Both the position numbers and the translations under genes were made by a program. Shown piece after piece: positions 30,376 through 42,500 of a stretch of DNA of 64,000 nt; positions within the stretch are counted from its first letter, which is position 1, and each line of letters begins with the position of its first letter. This stretch comes from Selaginella moellendorffii (taxonomy: Eukaryota > Plantae > Lycopodiophyta): NCBI RefSeq assembly GCF_000143415.4, contig NW_003314376.1, positions 404,156 through 468,155 of the forward strand, given 5' to 3'. A model generated the notes under the pieces. The model did no database searches, was not told the DNA's origin, and was given only the letters and a program-made list of their open reading frames with translations.

Positions 30376-30959
30376 TATGGAAAATCAATGTCCTTGTTAA
30401 TACTTACCCAAGTCTAACTAACTACTAAGGAAACAACTCCAAAAGTTAATAGAAAGCACACTTTATAACAAATATACCAATGTAAATGAGTTGGGAAATT
30501 ACTTCTACTTTATGTCCAAAGATGCTAAGACTTAAACATTCTATTACTGTCACCAATAAGGAAATGAATAACAAAGTTAACCACTTTTGCTACTCTAAAG
30601 ACCACTCAGTTTATAAAGGAATTATACACCCTTGCCTGTAAGGATATAGAGAGAGAGCCAAAGGCATAACTCCCTTGAGAAAAATTTAACTCTGTTAAGA
30701 AGTTTTAAACAACTTTTATAAACTAGTAGAATAAGTTGTTTATGAAAATGGGTCAACAAAAAAGAGGTAAGGACTTGTGATCAATTTATAATAGTTATCC
30801 CCATGGTTATGGATTGAACTTATGCACCAAGGTGCCAAAGTCAGCCTACCAAAATTGACCCAATATAAATGAAGAAATTTTGGATGGTAAAAAACATATT
30901 ACTTTATTAATGTGCAAGAAGGATTATAAAAGTTACCTTTTATTATGATTATCATACTT

Positions 30960-31480
30960 TGTGATAAGCTTATGGGTATGGGTAAAATTACTAAGAGGCT
31001 CCCAAATTGATTCTCAAGTTGGATAACCTTTCCATTTGATTAGATATTCCTTGGAACAACATTATGGGCTTTGTAGGACAAAAAATTGCCTCAACCTTAT
31101 ACTCAAGGGCACCATTTACAACCTCCAAAAGGGGAGAATAATCCATAGAATAGTCTATAAAAGCATGATATAATGCTAACAAATTGACATAAAATATATC
31201 ATATATGTAGGATAAATGCATCTAGAAGATCTAACTTATAAAATATATCACCACCTTTAACACTTGATAGGGCCTAACATATCTCAACATTAACTTCCAA
31301 GACAAAGACCCTTTAACATTCAAGTTTTGTGAGGATAATAAAACTTGGTTTCCCACTTGATAGGTTATATCCCTATGATAGTGATCCTTATCACGTTGAT
31401 AATTCTTAAAGTGTTTTATTTGAACTTTTTGGTTTATTATAACATGATATTGTGAGTGCATGGAATATGGAAAAGGAATA
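30960..31480 (-). mobile_element. Ty3/gypsy (chromovirus-type) integrase C-terminus and chromodomain remnant
   Basis: YQVGNQVLLS..KLMLRYVRPYQVL (GPY/F-like), DIFYVNLL (HxVFHVSLL-like), EYKVEAI (chromodomain start). Frameshifts present. Confidence 0.7.
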
Positions 31481-32041
31481 TAGAAATGTGCATATCAATT
31501 AGCCCAAAAACCCTAGCTTATATACAAGAGCAAGTGGTCTGGATTGAAATTAATCCGATAGCTACCAAAATCCCATTACACTAATATTAGTATACGGCAT
31601 CATAGCCATACACTTGGCCCTCTCGTTACTTCGTTTAACAGATGATAGTTGATGCAGAAACTAATACTCTCATCAGGCTTCATCACAAGATGAGGTTCGT
31701 ATATCTATTTCAAGCTTTGTCCATCACCTCAATTACCCTAGACCAACTTTGGCATAGCTACTAATATAAATCTTAATGGTTGGGACCAACACTTTGGACA
31801 TCTGTTTTGGTACAACAATTTACTAAGGAACCCCACAAGCATTCCTTTGCAACATCTCCTATGAAGAGCAACCAATAGTGCTTTGAAATATGTTGTTATA
31901 ATAGATTTATGTTGTGTCCAAATGCTCAACCTAGTCATGTTAATCCTCCATGAAATAGTACTGTAGATAATCTTCAACTTGAGTATTCATGTGTTTGGTC
32001 TACCCATCAGTTTAAGGATGATAAGTTGTACTAACCTTCAA

Positions 32042-32942
32042 TGTAGCGCACGTGGTTTTTACCCTTTATCCTATGATGATTTACTATAGGATAACACCAC
32101 GAAGTGGAACCTAAACCCTCCATGTGCCATATGTCATATACCATGTGCCACATGCCACGTGTCCAGAAGACAGTGGTGCGAAACCCAAGTTTCAAGGCCT
32201 TAGGCCACTAAACGAAGAAATAGTGCTAAACTCCCGAGCATGGAGCCAATGAGCAATAGCACTAGAGCACAGAACGACTCCCGAGCATTTAGCCCAAGGA
32301 GTGAAGGAATAGGAGCACGGAGCAACTTGGAACAATCCTAGAGCAACTAGCATCCCAATGTTAGGACCAGCACATAAAATGGAGCCAAACAGAGTCTAGT
32401 GCTATTTCAGCATACTAGTTGCCTAACGCGAGGACATGAGTACTCCACTAGCTAGCATGGTGTGGAACTTGGGTTTAAACCCAAGCCAAACGCAGAACAA
32501 GGACAGGCATGCAAGTGGGAGTTAGATTATGCCTCAGATTGGTCGGCCATGCCCAACCTACCTCCTTTCCCTACTATACATTTGAAACCGGTATGCCGAA
32601 ATAGCACTACACTCTGTTTGGCTCCGTTTTGCGTGCTGGTCTTGGCAATAGGATGCTGGTTGCTCTAGGACTGTTCCAAGTCATTCCAGGCTCCTATCCC
32701 TTCGCTCCTTGGGCTATATGCTCAAGAGTTGATCTGTGGTTCAGTTTCGTCATTCCTTGGCTCCATGCTTGGGAGTTTGGTACCGTTCAGTGGCCCAAGG
32801 CCTTGAACCTTGGGTTCCACACCACTGTCCTTTGGACACATGGCATGTGTCATGTGGCATAAAGAGGGTTTAGGTTCTGCTACGTGGTGTTATCCTATGG
32901 TAAATCACCATAGGATAAGGGGTCAAAACCACGTGCGCTACA
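32042..32942. repeat. fold-back of two oppositely oriented LTR fragments (arms ~32042-32420 and ~32587-32942)
   Basis: Starts tgtagcgcacgtggtttt and ends aaaaccacgtgcgctaca. The arms are reverse-complementary throughout, e.g. ggagccaaacagagt vs actctgtttggctcc. Confidence 0.9.
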
Positions 32943-35900
32943 TTTGGTATAAGAGGATACATCTCAGCGAGTATTATCCAATAAGATTGGGCAACTAGTC
33001 TCGTTGCATATGCAGAGATGAAAACAATGATGCAAGTGGGTACATGTTTGGGTGCAAAAACTTTGTAATTGTTCCTTGGGTATAGATTTTGGTTACCTTT
33101 TGTACCGCATTATGTGAGCTTGCTCTTGGGCTTATAAGAGGGATTGAGATGTTTCGTTTGCATGAGTTTGCACTTGGGCTCGTGAGTGAGGCACATTAGC
33201 AACTTAAGGTTACATTTTGAGTTGGCAGGATTAATGTTAGCCTGTCAGTGGTTCCATGAGTTGTTCTAGTAGTTCCATGAATTGTTCCATGTACTATGGG
33301 TGAAAGTAAACTTTGGGTTTACTATAAGTGGCAAATAGGCTAATCCGTAACTATTTAGCATGGCACTAGTGGATCCTTCCTAAGCATGATTATAAGTGAA
33401 TCAATCAAGACTATAGGGATGAGTCTATTGATTCAAGTAACCATTGCCGTGCTCTCTCATAAACTTTTTTTGGATTGGACTAAAGGTAATGCGAAAGCAA
33501 GCTTGAGGTTTAGTCAAAAAGATAAAACCGAAAAAAGAATTGTCAGGGACGAAGGATCAAACACATAAATCATTTTCTCTCCTTGGAGATATGATTTGCA
33601 ACGAAGTGTGACTCATTACTTGTGTTCACATTATGCAATCGAGAGCCCCTACCTTGATGCATGTTGAAAATGATAGTCTTACAAGTGGTGAGTTATGGGA
33701 TGGATAGCGGTGAAGCACTATACCATTTTGTTTAGACTTGTTATTGAAGACTTGGGTTGCAATGCTCAATTCTTTTTCGGGGAACTTTGCTATTGCTCTT
33801 TGAGTAGCTTAGTGTTGGATTAGTTTTGAGTTTGGTCGGAAAGAGAGTGGCATGAGCTTGTCCGTGTTGTGAACAAAAGTTAGTGGTGTTGGGTGTTGTA
33901 AATCTTTATCAGTGGAATGTGGCATTTATGTTGTATTTTGTTGAATTGAGTTAGCACTTGATACTCACATAAACCTTTGAGGTAATGACATTGGCATTGC
34001 TCTTGGTGTTGCTTAATTAATGATTAAGTCATTGTGATACTTATATCATATCCATGTGATAATAAGCAATGTGTTTACCAAGTTATTTGGTTAAACGATG
34101 ATCAATCCCAAAGTGGTTGATGATGAAGCTAGTTTACTTGCACAAAATAGCAGTGTAGTAGCTTTGACTAGATTCTCGATGATGGTCCATTATGCTAAGC
34201 TTAAGTTTGTACCTTGTTTCCTAGGGTTTGCCCATAAGGTGTTAGAAAAGGTTATAGCATTCATTTGCTATAGCTTGTAGGTTGATCTGTTAACATTTGG
34301 AGTAAATTATTGGATGGAAAAAGTGTGTAATTGAGGCATTAACATCACTAGCACTTATGCTAGTGGAGATAACATTGTTATGTCGAGTGATAAGGAATTT
34401 CCTTGGAGTTTGATTTTCTATATCATTTTTTTTGTTAGTGTTTTTGCTTCACATTGGATCTTGAAGGTGGTTGAAGAACAGTGTTAGTGCAATATGGATA
34501 TCCAAAAATGGTGGTCTTTGTGATCAAGCCTTGGATGTTCATTTTGCATTTTGTAAATATCGGTGTTGAATGTCAGATATATGGGCAAAGATGTTCAAGG
34601 CTAAAACATACTATGGGTCATGAGAATTTGTGTTGAGGTGAATCTATGTGAAGTTGTAGGTAGGAGGAAGTTAGTTGAGTCTTGAAAGTTTGTGTTTCTA
34701 AACTGAAAGTCATTTTTTTTCTAGGATGGAAAATTTTTCTACAAATTTTCTTAGACTTTTCCAATGGCTAATTTGTTAATCATTTTGTCCGAAAACCATT
34801 CCATTTTTGTAAACCAATACAAACTAGTGAAAGGGTTGGAGTTGACTTTAGCTAGCTTAGGCCTTAGTAAGTAGTTTGTATGATGTGGCCCGAAAAAGAT
34901 GCTGACTTTTGAGGCTAAGGCAATTGAGTTGAATAGAGTCTAAAGTTAGTGTAGGGAAGTGGCCGTTGCACTTTTCCCAAAAAAGTGACCTTTATGCCTT
35001 TCTTTTATAGTATTGTACTTAGTGGCAGGTTGCACCTTGCATTTTTTTAAACTCTATGAGAGTAGTAAGCTCTCACTGATCTAGACTTGGTATTGGTGGC
35101 CGTACATCTTAGCTGAGGATAGTGATGTCCAACTTAATTGTTTAAAGTTAAGATGTTGGTACCTATATTATAGCTTTGGTTATAAGGAGGTTGTGTACCA
35201 CTATGAGTCCATCTCATAGTCTTCACTTTAGTTTCGACTAAATGTTAATCATGCATAGCTAGCCTCTTTAAGGCATGCTTAAAGCTCATTTGACTAAACG
35301 CAAAAATGACCTTATTGCGGTTGAGTTGGATTCAAGTGGTCATTTAGTTCATGCTTGTCCATGAACCTTTATCTCGGTTGAGGTATTACATTCATGTTGG
35401 ATAAGTATATAACTCAATGGCATGGTGAATCACTCCTTGATGAAGTGTTATTTGTTGCTGAGTAATGTTGAAGAATTGGTCTCAGATACTAATTAAGGTA
35501 TCTTCGATTTCGGTTAGCATAGTTGTTAGAGAGTTTTAGGTGGTGATTTACTCTTGCTTTCTTTTAGCTTTGTTTTAGTGTTGATGGCATTAAAGTGATG
35601 CCTTGTTGTTGACATTATTGATGTTAAGATTCAAATGAGATGAGATGTCTCTTCGTAGGATTGATATTGAGTCTCATTAGTCTCAATGCAATTAGTGTTG
35701 ATGCTTGAGCTATAGCTTTGTGTTATTGGCATTCATGCATTTACTAATTAACAACTATATTGATGTTCAAATGAGCTAAGTGGCAAGTTTGAGTTAGTTG
35801 TGTTTTAGACGAGATTATTTAGTAGGGGTTGAGCTTTGGCTTTTCATTTAGTTATGGACAACACTAACTTTACGAGATGAAGAGTTAGTGATTAGTATTA

Positions 35901-38030
35901 AAGTGATTGAATCTTTATTGAATTTCAGTTAGGATATACCAATCATTGATGATTCTTCTTGTGCTTGTTATGAAGTGAGTCACATCTTGCTATAGATGGA
36001 TTCATCGAGGATCGATTAGATGATCACTTGTTAAGCATAGCTTTATTATGCTTGGCTTTTGGACTAATGCAAATATGCTCTTCATTAGTTTTGCATTATG
36101 AAGTTTAACTTCTAAATGTGTTGAGGAAGATATTGTGGGTTATACCATGATTTCTTTTTTAATATTGAAGTTAGTTCATGCAAAGCTTGTGATCATTATT
36201 AAACAAGACTTAGCTATGGGCTTCTTTGAGCTTTTGGTTCCTTGAGCTTTCATGCTTGTGGTCCATTTGTTAAAAGTTGTTGGGGAAGGCATTTTTGCTC
36301 ATTAGCTTCGATGTTGAAGTTGGCTTCTGCATCTAGCAATCATTGGTGATGATTGACTATCAGTTAGGATAGTTGATTATCCTTGTCAAGGGTTTTGCTT
36401 GATTATTGTTGGTATAGAATCATTTGCCGTTCTTCAGGATGGTAAATTCTTTCTTCGATAATGATTATGTATCTCTTCATTGATGGAATGATTGATGTTC
36501 TTTCATGATAGTTAATTGCTCTCTTTAATGACTTATAGCTTTTTACAATACCATATGTTCTTTGTGGTTTGCTTTGGATTGGTTTCTTAGGTTTGAGACA
36601 CCAGGAGGATGTTGCTGACACTTGCTTAAACAACTCTAGTTTTTATGTATTGTTGACCAGGATCTAGTCAGATTGGCTAGTGCGGTAGTTGGCATGAATC
36701 AGTGTTTGTTGATCTTCCCACATTCATTCTATTCTGTTGATTACTGTTCGAGTTAGTTCTGTTAGATTAGGATGTATTTTCTTCGGGTGATACATTCGTA
36801 AGTATTGTGCTTGCCAGTCAATGATACTTTGTGTTCTTTTAGTTGTCTTTTGTAAGTTGTTTCACATGCTATTTGCAATCTTTGATAGTTAAGTTTTGTT
36901 ATTAAGTGTTCTTAATGATACACTTACTATTGACTTTTGTTGGATGGTGATTCTTATGTTTACCAATTATGATCCTCTTGGTGGTTCCTATACTATAATA
37001 CTAGTTTATCATATGATAACTTACTTGGAACATTTGTGTTCTAATCTAAGATTTATTCACTGATAGACAGACTGGCTTCGGCACTTCGTATGCATGGTGA
37101 AATCTCTAGCAATGGGGTAATTACTGTCCACTGATCACATAACCCGCCTCTTTGTCGATGTTCCTTATTCCATTCAAAGGGCGTAATTGTGTAAACAACT
37201 TTAACTACCTGTTTACAGTAGTTTATCTAAACCTTACTGATGGGTTTAGTTTCTTTGCTCAGGAGGGTTGGGGCCTCTGGCTTCTCTCTCTATATTCCTG
37301 TAGGCAGGGGCATATCACATTTTTGTAAGTTGGGTGACACCCAGAGCAGTAAGGGTGATTGACTCCGTTGGTCATTTCCTTGTCGGTGACGGCCGGAAGG
37401 TGTCTGAGTTAGTAGCGCAACCACATTAGATAAAGAAGTTTCCCTAACTCATTTAAGTTGGTGCATTTTTCATATAGTGTGAATACTGTAAACTTTTTTT
37501 GGAGTTATTTCCTTGGCAGTATTCTAGACTTGAGTATGCATTGATGAGGACGTCGATCTTCCCTAGGGGGGGAGAGTGTCACAAATGTGACTTTGGGTAT
37601 CGAAAGTTACCTGTCGGCTAGTCCTTTCGGATATTCTTTCCTTACTGCCATGACGGCAGGAGGTCAGTATTGTTGGGCTTATTATCAGTTCCCACTTGGG
37701 CTAGTTGAAAAACTTGTCAATGACCGTGTACTTAAATTGAATAAACATAAGGTAGGAACCCTATGTGTTTCTTGTTGAGCACGGCTTGGTTTGAAAAACT
37801 CCTGTCATTAACTTGCACTTGCTAGTATCAAAAACCCTTGCGATATTGAGATTGGTCCCTCAATATTCGCTACATGATAACTTACCATGTATGCCAAACA
37901 CCCTTGCTATCATGCCCTTTGTGTTAGTCTCGTTTTGGTCCCAAATGCTATTTATGGAAAGTGTCTAGATTTGCTCATTTAGCATATCTACGGAATGTAG
38001 AGATTGTCCTGAACACAATGGTGTTCATCC
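32587..38030 (+). mobile_element. decayed LTR retrotransposon: 5' LTR end + tRNA-iMet PBS, heavily mutated Ty1/copia-like internal region, PPT, truncated 3' LTR
   Basis: LTR end ..gcgctaca (32942) is followed by tggtataagag (PBS-like). PPT agggggggagag at 37565-37576, then TGTCACAAATGTGACTT at 37577. Faint protease, integrase (QLNGMV) and RT (DGFIED, VEED) remnants appear in copia order. Confidence 0.65.
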
Positions 38031-38159
38031 CGAGGTTTTGAGATATTTAAGGTTAAATGTCTTTATGTTTAAATAATATTACACTAAGTGACCTTAGTCC
38101 AAACTTAGGTGCTTACATTTAATATCAAAGGGGTCTTGGTCCAACTTTTGTTAATTGGG

Positions 38160-38720
38160 TAAGGGAATCACACTAACATGTTGAGATTGATATTTGGTAA
38201 GTCTAGTTTACCTCCAACTGGGCTTGACTTGAAGGGTAAAAGTGCTAGCTTTGATCATGTGGTCAACGTCATTCAAAAGAAAGCTCAAGGGTATATTAAA
38301 GCATATTAGGGTAAGGAACTTAACCTTCATAATGGAGCAGTGGCACAGTGGAGTTTTTTAGGTAGCTCGAGGGTGGTTGGGTGGTGAAGAACTTCAAAAG
38401 AGGGCATAATATAATCTAGGGAGACTAGATCTTTATCTTTTCATGCCATATCATAACATTAGTATTAGAGGCAATCTAGTTTACCTCTAATTAGCCTTGA
38501 TCTGAGGGGTAAGAGCAATTAAAAGGAATAACTCGAGAAGCAATCCATAAAAGTTAGGCTTGACCTGAGGGGTTATCCTTGACCTTTGTTGATTGGCTAG
38601 AGGAATCATACCAACATGTTGAGACTAATATCTGGCAAGTCTAATTTACCTCCAGCTAGGTTCAACCCAGGTAAAGGCAACTAAAGGGAATGACTTAAGA
38701 AACAATTCATAAGAGTTTAA
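38160..38720 (+). repeat. three degenerate copies of a ~45-90 bp unit
   Basis: tctagtttacctc..gcttga(c/t)..gggtaa near 38200, 38475 and 38640. Confidence 0.65.
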
Positions 38721-38785
38721 ATATAAAGGGAAAAAGCTTATGAATAATAATGCTTCTCATTTTTTAATTAATTAAGAGTGTTAGG

Positions 38786-38849
38786 ATACTTCGGGTTAAG
38801 TGTCTTAGGGTTTGAATAGTACTGGGCTGGGTGACCTCTCGGGAAGTTC
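38786..38849 (+). promoter_or_regulatory. 5S rRNA-derived segment retaining the Pol III internal control region (A box, IE, C box)
   Basis: GGTTAAGTGTCTTAGGG..AATAGTACTGGGCTGGGTGACCTCTCGGGAAGT vs plant 5S AGTTAAGCGTGCTTGGG..AGTAGTACTAGGATGGGTGACCTCCTGGGAAGT. The 5' ~40 nt and 3' end of 5S are absent. A weaker second copy lies at ~39210-39270. Confidence 0.85.
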
Positions 38850-39457
38850 AAACTCAATCCTTTACAATACACAAGTAGATAATAAAAAATAAATAGTAAT
38901 GGGATAAAATAATTTTAATATAGTTGGCTCTCCTTTGCCTTCTTGGTTGGGTGGCAAAGAAAAAGATGATCCCATTGGCTTTTATAGTGGATGGTTAAAA
39001 TATGTAAATAACTAAAAAGGATAATTTAAGAAATGGTCCATTTAAGTTTAAATATAGAGGGAAAAAGCCTATGGGCCAATAAAAGGTGTAAATAACTAAA
39101 AAGAATACTTTAAGAAATAGTCTATTTAGCCTATGAATAATGCATATGTGAATTTGTAAGGAAGCATGGTTTACAAGAAATACACTCCATTTTCTAATTG
39201 GTTAAGGGTTTTAGGATATATGGAGTTAAGTATATTTATAATATTAGGCTTAGTGATTTCTTGGGAAGATCAAATTTAAGAGCTTATAAATATGATAATA
39301 GAATGAGATTTAAATATTTTATTATTATAAATCTTAATGGGGATAAATAGGGATAAAATAGCCATTAAAAGCTCTTAGTTACCCCTTTTCTAATTAGCTT
39401 AAAGGGATATACAAAACTTCTATGGTTGTTCTATAGTAATTTACTATAGAATATAGT

Positions 39458-40625
39458 TGTAGCGCACGTGGTTTTAACCCTTTATCCTATGGTGATTTAC
39501 CATAGGATAACACCACAAAGCAGAACTTAAACCCTCTTTATGCCACGTGACACATGCCACATGTTATATGCCACGTGTCCAAAGGACAGTTATGCGGAAC
39601 CTGAGGTTCAGGGACTTGGGCCACTGAACGAAGGAACAGTGCCAAACTCCCAAGCATAAAGCCAAAGAATGACGGAACCGGTCCATGGAGCAACTCCCGA
39701 GCATACAGCCCAAGGAGCGAAGGGACAGGAGCTCGGAGCGACTTGGAACAGTCCTGGAGCAATCAGCATCCCAATGCCAGGACCAGCATGCTAAACGGAG
39801 CTAAATGGAGTTTGGCGCTATTTCGACATATCGGTGGCCTAATGTGAGGACATGGGTACTGCACTAGCTAGCATGGAATGGAACTTGGGCTTAGACCCAA
39901 ACAGAATGCAAAACAAGGACAAGCATGCAAGCAGGAGCTAGACTATGCCTCAAGTTGGTTGGCCATGCCCGACCTACCCACTATCCCTATTATACATTTG
40001 GAACCCTCTATAGCGCCCCCCCCGCCCCTTCCCCCCCTTCCCCCCCCTTTTAGGAACACATGCTTTAGGCTTTCACCCCAAGCCTCCCTTAGTATCAGGA
40101 GTTAGTCTCTGGGATAAGTTTGAAACTTACTAAATATGGAATGGCACTAGATTGTGTATTTGGACACAGGACGAACACCATTGTGTTTAGGCCGATTTCT
40201 ACATTCTGTAAATATGCCAAATAAGCAAATCTAGACACTTTCCATAAATAACATTTGGGACTGAATTGAGACTAATGCTAAGGGCATGATAGTGAGGGTG
40301 TTTGGCAGACACAGTAAGTTATCATCCAGTGATATTGAGGGACCAATCTCAATACGCGAGGGTTCTTGTCAAGCCAGTGCAAGACAGAGCAAAAGAGAAC
40401 TAAGAGTCAGGCTAAGTATGCTCAGCTAAAAACACATAGGAGTTCCTACCTTATGTCCATCTGGCTAAGTACAGATGCTAAGCCCAATAAATTAACACTT
40501 GAACAAGAGGGGTTGATAAAGGGAACCAGCAATACCGACTTCCTGCCATCGTGGCAGTAAAGTAAGAGTATCCGTAAAGACTGGCTGATAAGTAACTTTC
40601 AATACCCGAAGTCACATTCGCAACA
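39458..40625 (-). mobile_element. solo LTR (1168 bp) with TG..CA termini and 5-bp TSD ATAGT
   Basis: atagt|TGTAGCG...GCAACA|atagt (TSD at 39453-39457 and 40626-40630). Orientation is deduced from the PPT-linked copy at 37577. Confidence 0.93.
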
Positions 40626-40630
40626 ATAGT

Positions 40631-41190
40631 GTACTACATTTGGTATCAAAAAGATAAAATATGTTATAACTCAGTTGTAAACTTAGTCATAAATATTTTA
40701 GTCATATTTAGTCATGCTCGTGGAGGTCAGCTCTATGAAGAGAGCTTTTATGAATAGTGCTTTGCTAGTAGTTCCATTATTAGTGGTGAAGTCTATATTT
40801 TGCAAAACAAAAGTGACTTGAATAGTATGAAATCAATAAATAAAGTTTTGTAATAAAAATCTTATATATACTACCTCTTAGTATATATGCTGAACTTCAT
40901 ATTAGATTGTTAGCTTCTATGACTTGTGTTTGGAAAAATTATTGAAGGTATGTAATTCAATCCATACTTTATGCTTGCCAAGATTGATAAAGTATTATAT
41001 ATGTTATGTTGAGCTAGAAATGTAGTCATGGTCTGTTATAATTTTTTTTCCTATTTTTCTTGAAGTAAAATTAATATAATTTGATATATTGGTGGAGAAT
41101 TTAGAATTCAACTAAATACAATTTGAAATGGGGAAAAACTAAAACTATGCTAGATGGAGAATGGCCATGTATAACTTCTCAAGAGCTCTT
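40631..41190 (+). mobile_element. end of an older LTR + Met PBS + copia-like gag start remnant
   Basis: gtactaca|tttggtatca, followed at ~41145 by NYARWRMAMYN (copia gag NYxxW..M-like). Confidence 0.45.
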
Positions 41191-42080
41191 TTAAAGACTA
41201 AAGTCACTATAGGTAGTGTTGTTGTAATATAGTCTTTGAGTTTGTTACATCTGCTAATGCATATTCCTTTGACAAGTCTAAGTGTAATATATATTGTTCA
41301 TTCAGTTTTATATTAGTATAATGATTCAAGATTGTTGCTATATCACTTATAAGGTAAAATGTTATTCAACTATAGTCAATTAAATATTTTCATCCCATAA
41401 TCAAGTTTAATTCAAAGCATAATTTTGGATGTTTAAACTAAAACTTTTATCTAATTGGAAAACCACTTTATTTTTAAATTTGAACTATGCTCTTTTATTT
41501 CTAATTATGAAGAACAAATTATATTATTTATCCAAAAATAGTGCCAAGTTATTTTCAGAAATTTTCTAAAGTGAACATTTATAAATCAATAATAAATTGT
41601 TTGATATAACTATCAATTGATAATGGCTACTGATCAGAAGTTGGCTTAGTGTTAACACTAAGTTTGATTTTCAACTCACTTAAAAAAAAACTCATTTAAA
41701 CTACTTGGTTCTACTTTTGGTCATCCTATTATTCTTTGAGCTGTTTATTAAATTATATGGCTATTATATTTAGATATCTCTTGATTTGCTTAAAATAAAT
41801 TCCTCATAATTCATATTATTTTAAAATATGAGTTGATAAAATTAATAATATAGTAAATAATATATAATTTTATTTTCATATGACTCATAAATGCTCGATA
41901 TTCCATATATAGAATTTTTTCTCATAGAATCAGGATCTTGATTACAGTTTAATCTATATGTACTTTTGTAAGAATTTAGAATATTCTTTAAACATGTATA
42001 ATATCAATATTCTTTTTCTTATTTAAAACTTATACTATAAATAATAATATCTTATCATTTAGAGTTCTATTTTCTATATC

Positions 42081-42500
42081 ATGTTTTCAAAACTGAAGCT
42101 AAATATTTATCTTTCTATTTTATTTATACTATTTATTCATTGTTTTTCAATAGAAATTTTTATTATAAATAGATTAGGCTATTCTATTGATGCATCATGT
42201 GAATCAAAAAATGATAAAATAATCCCAATTATTCAGAATGATAGAAATAAATTTTCATTTAAGTTTGGAACATGTTGGGGTTTTTGTCGAACTCAATTTT
42301 GGTGTAAATTTGTAATTAATGATGGACCTCTTAAAGGAAATTTAAGGGAATTCTCTGTTTATGTTCAAGGAAGTAATAGTGATTATGAAGAAGCTGAATA
42401 TATAGAATATTATATATTTGCCTATGCAATTTTTGAAACTCACAAACATTATACATATGATTGGTCTTTACCTAAAAGGAGGTATAAACTTGATTTGTAA
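42081..42500 (+). CDS. S-protein homologue (SPH; plant self-incompatibility S1 family) secreted protein
   Basis: Intronless 139 aa with a hydrophobic signal peptide; IINRLG..CESKND..FSFKF..TQFWCKF..FSVY matches the SPH pattern IxNxL..CxSxDD..FxF..TxFxC..FxVY. Confidence 0.8.
   Translation: MFSKLKLNIYLSILFILFIHCFSIEIFIINRLGYSIDASCESKNDKIIPIIQNDRNKFSFKFGTCWGFCRTQFWCKFVINDGPLKGNLREFSVYVQGSNSDYEEAEYIEYYIFAYAIFETHKHYTYDWSLPKRRYKLDL

Noticed and set aside
38786-38849. Functional 5S rRNA gene
   Set aside because: Only the internal ~64 nt match; the 5' end, terminal stem and oligo-T terminator are missing.
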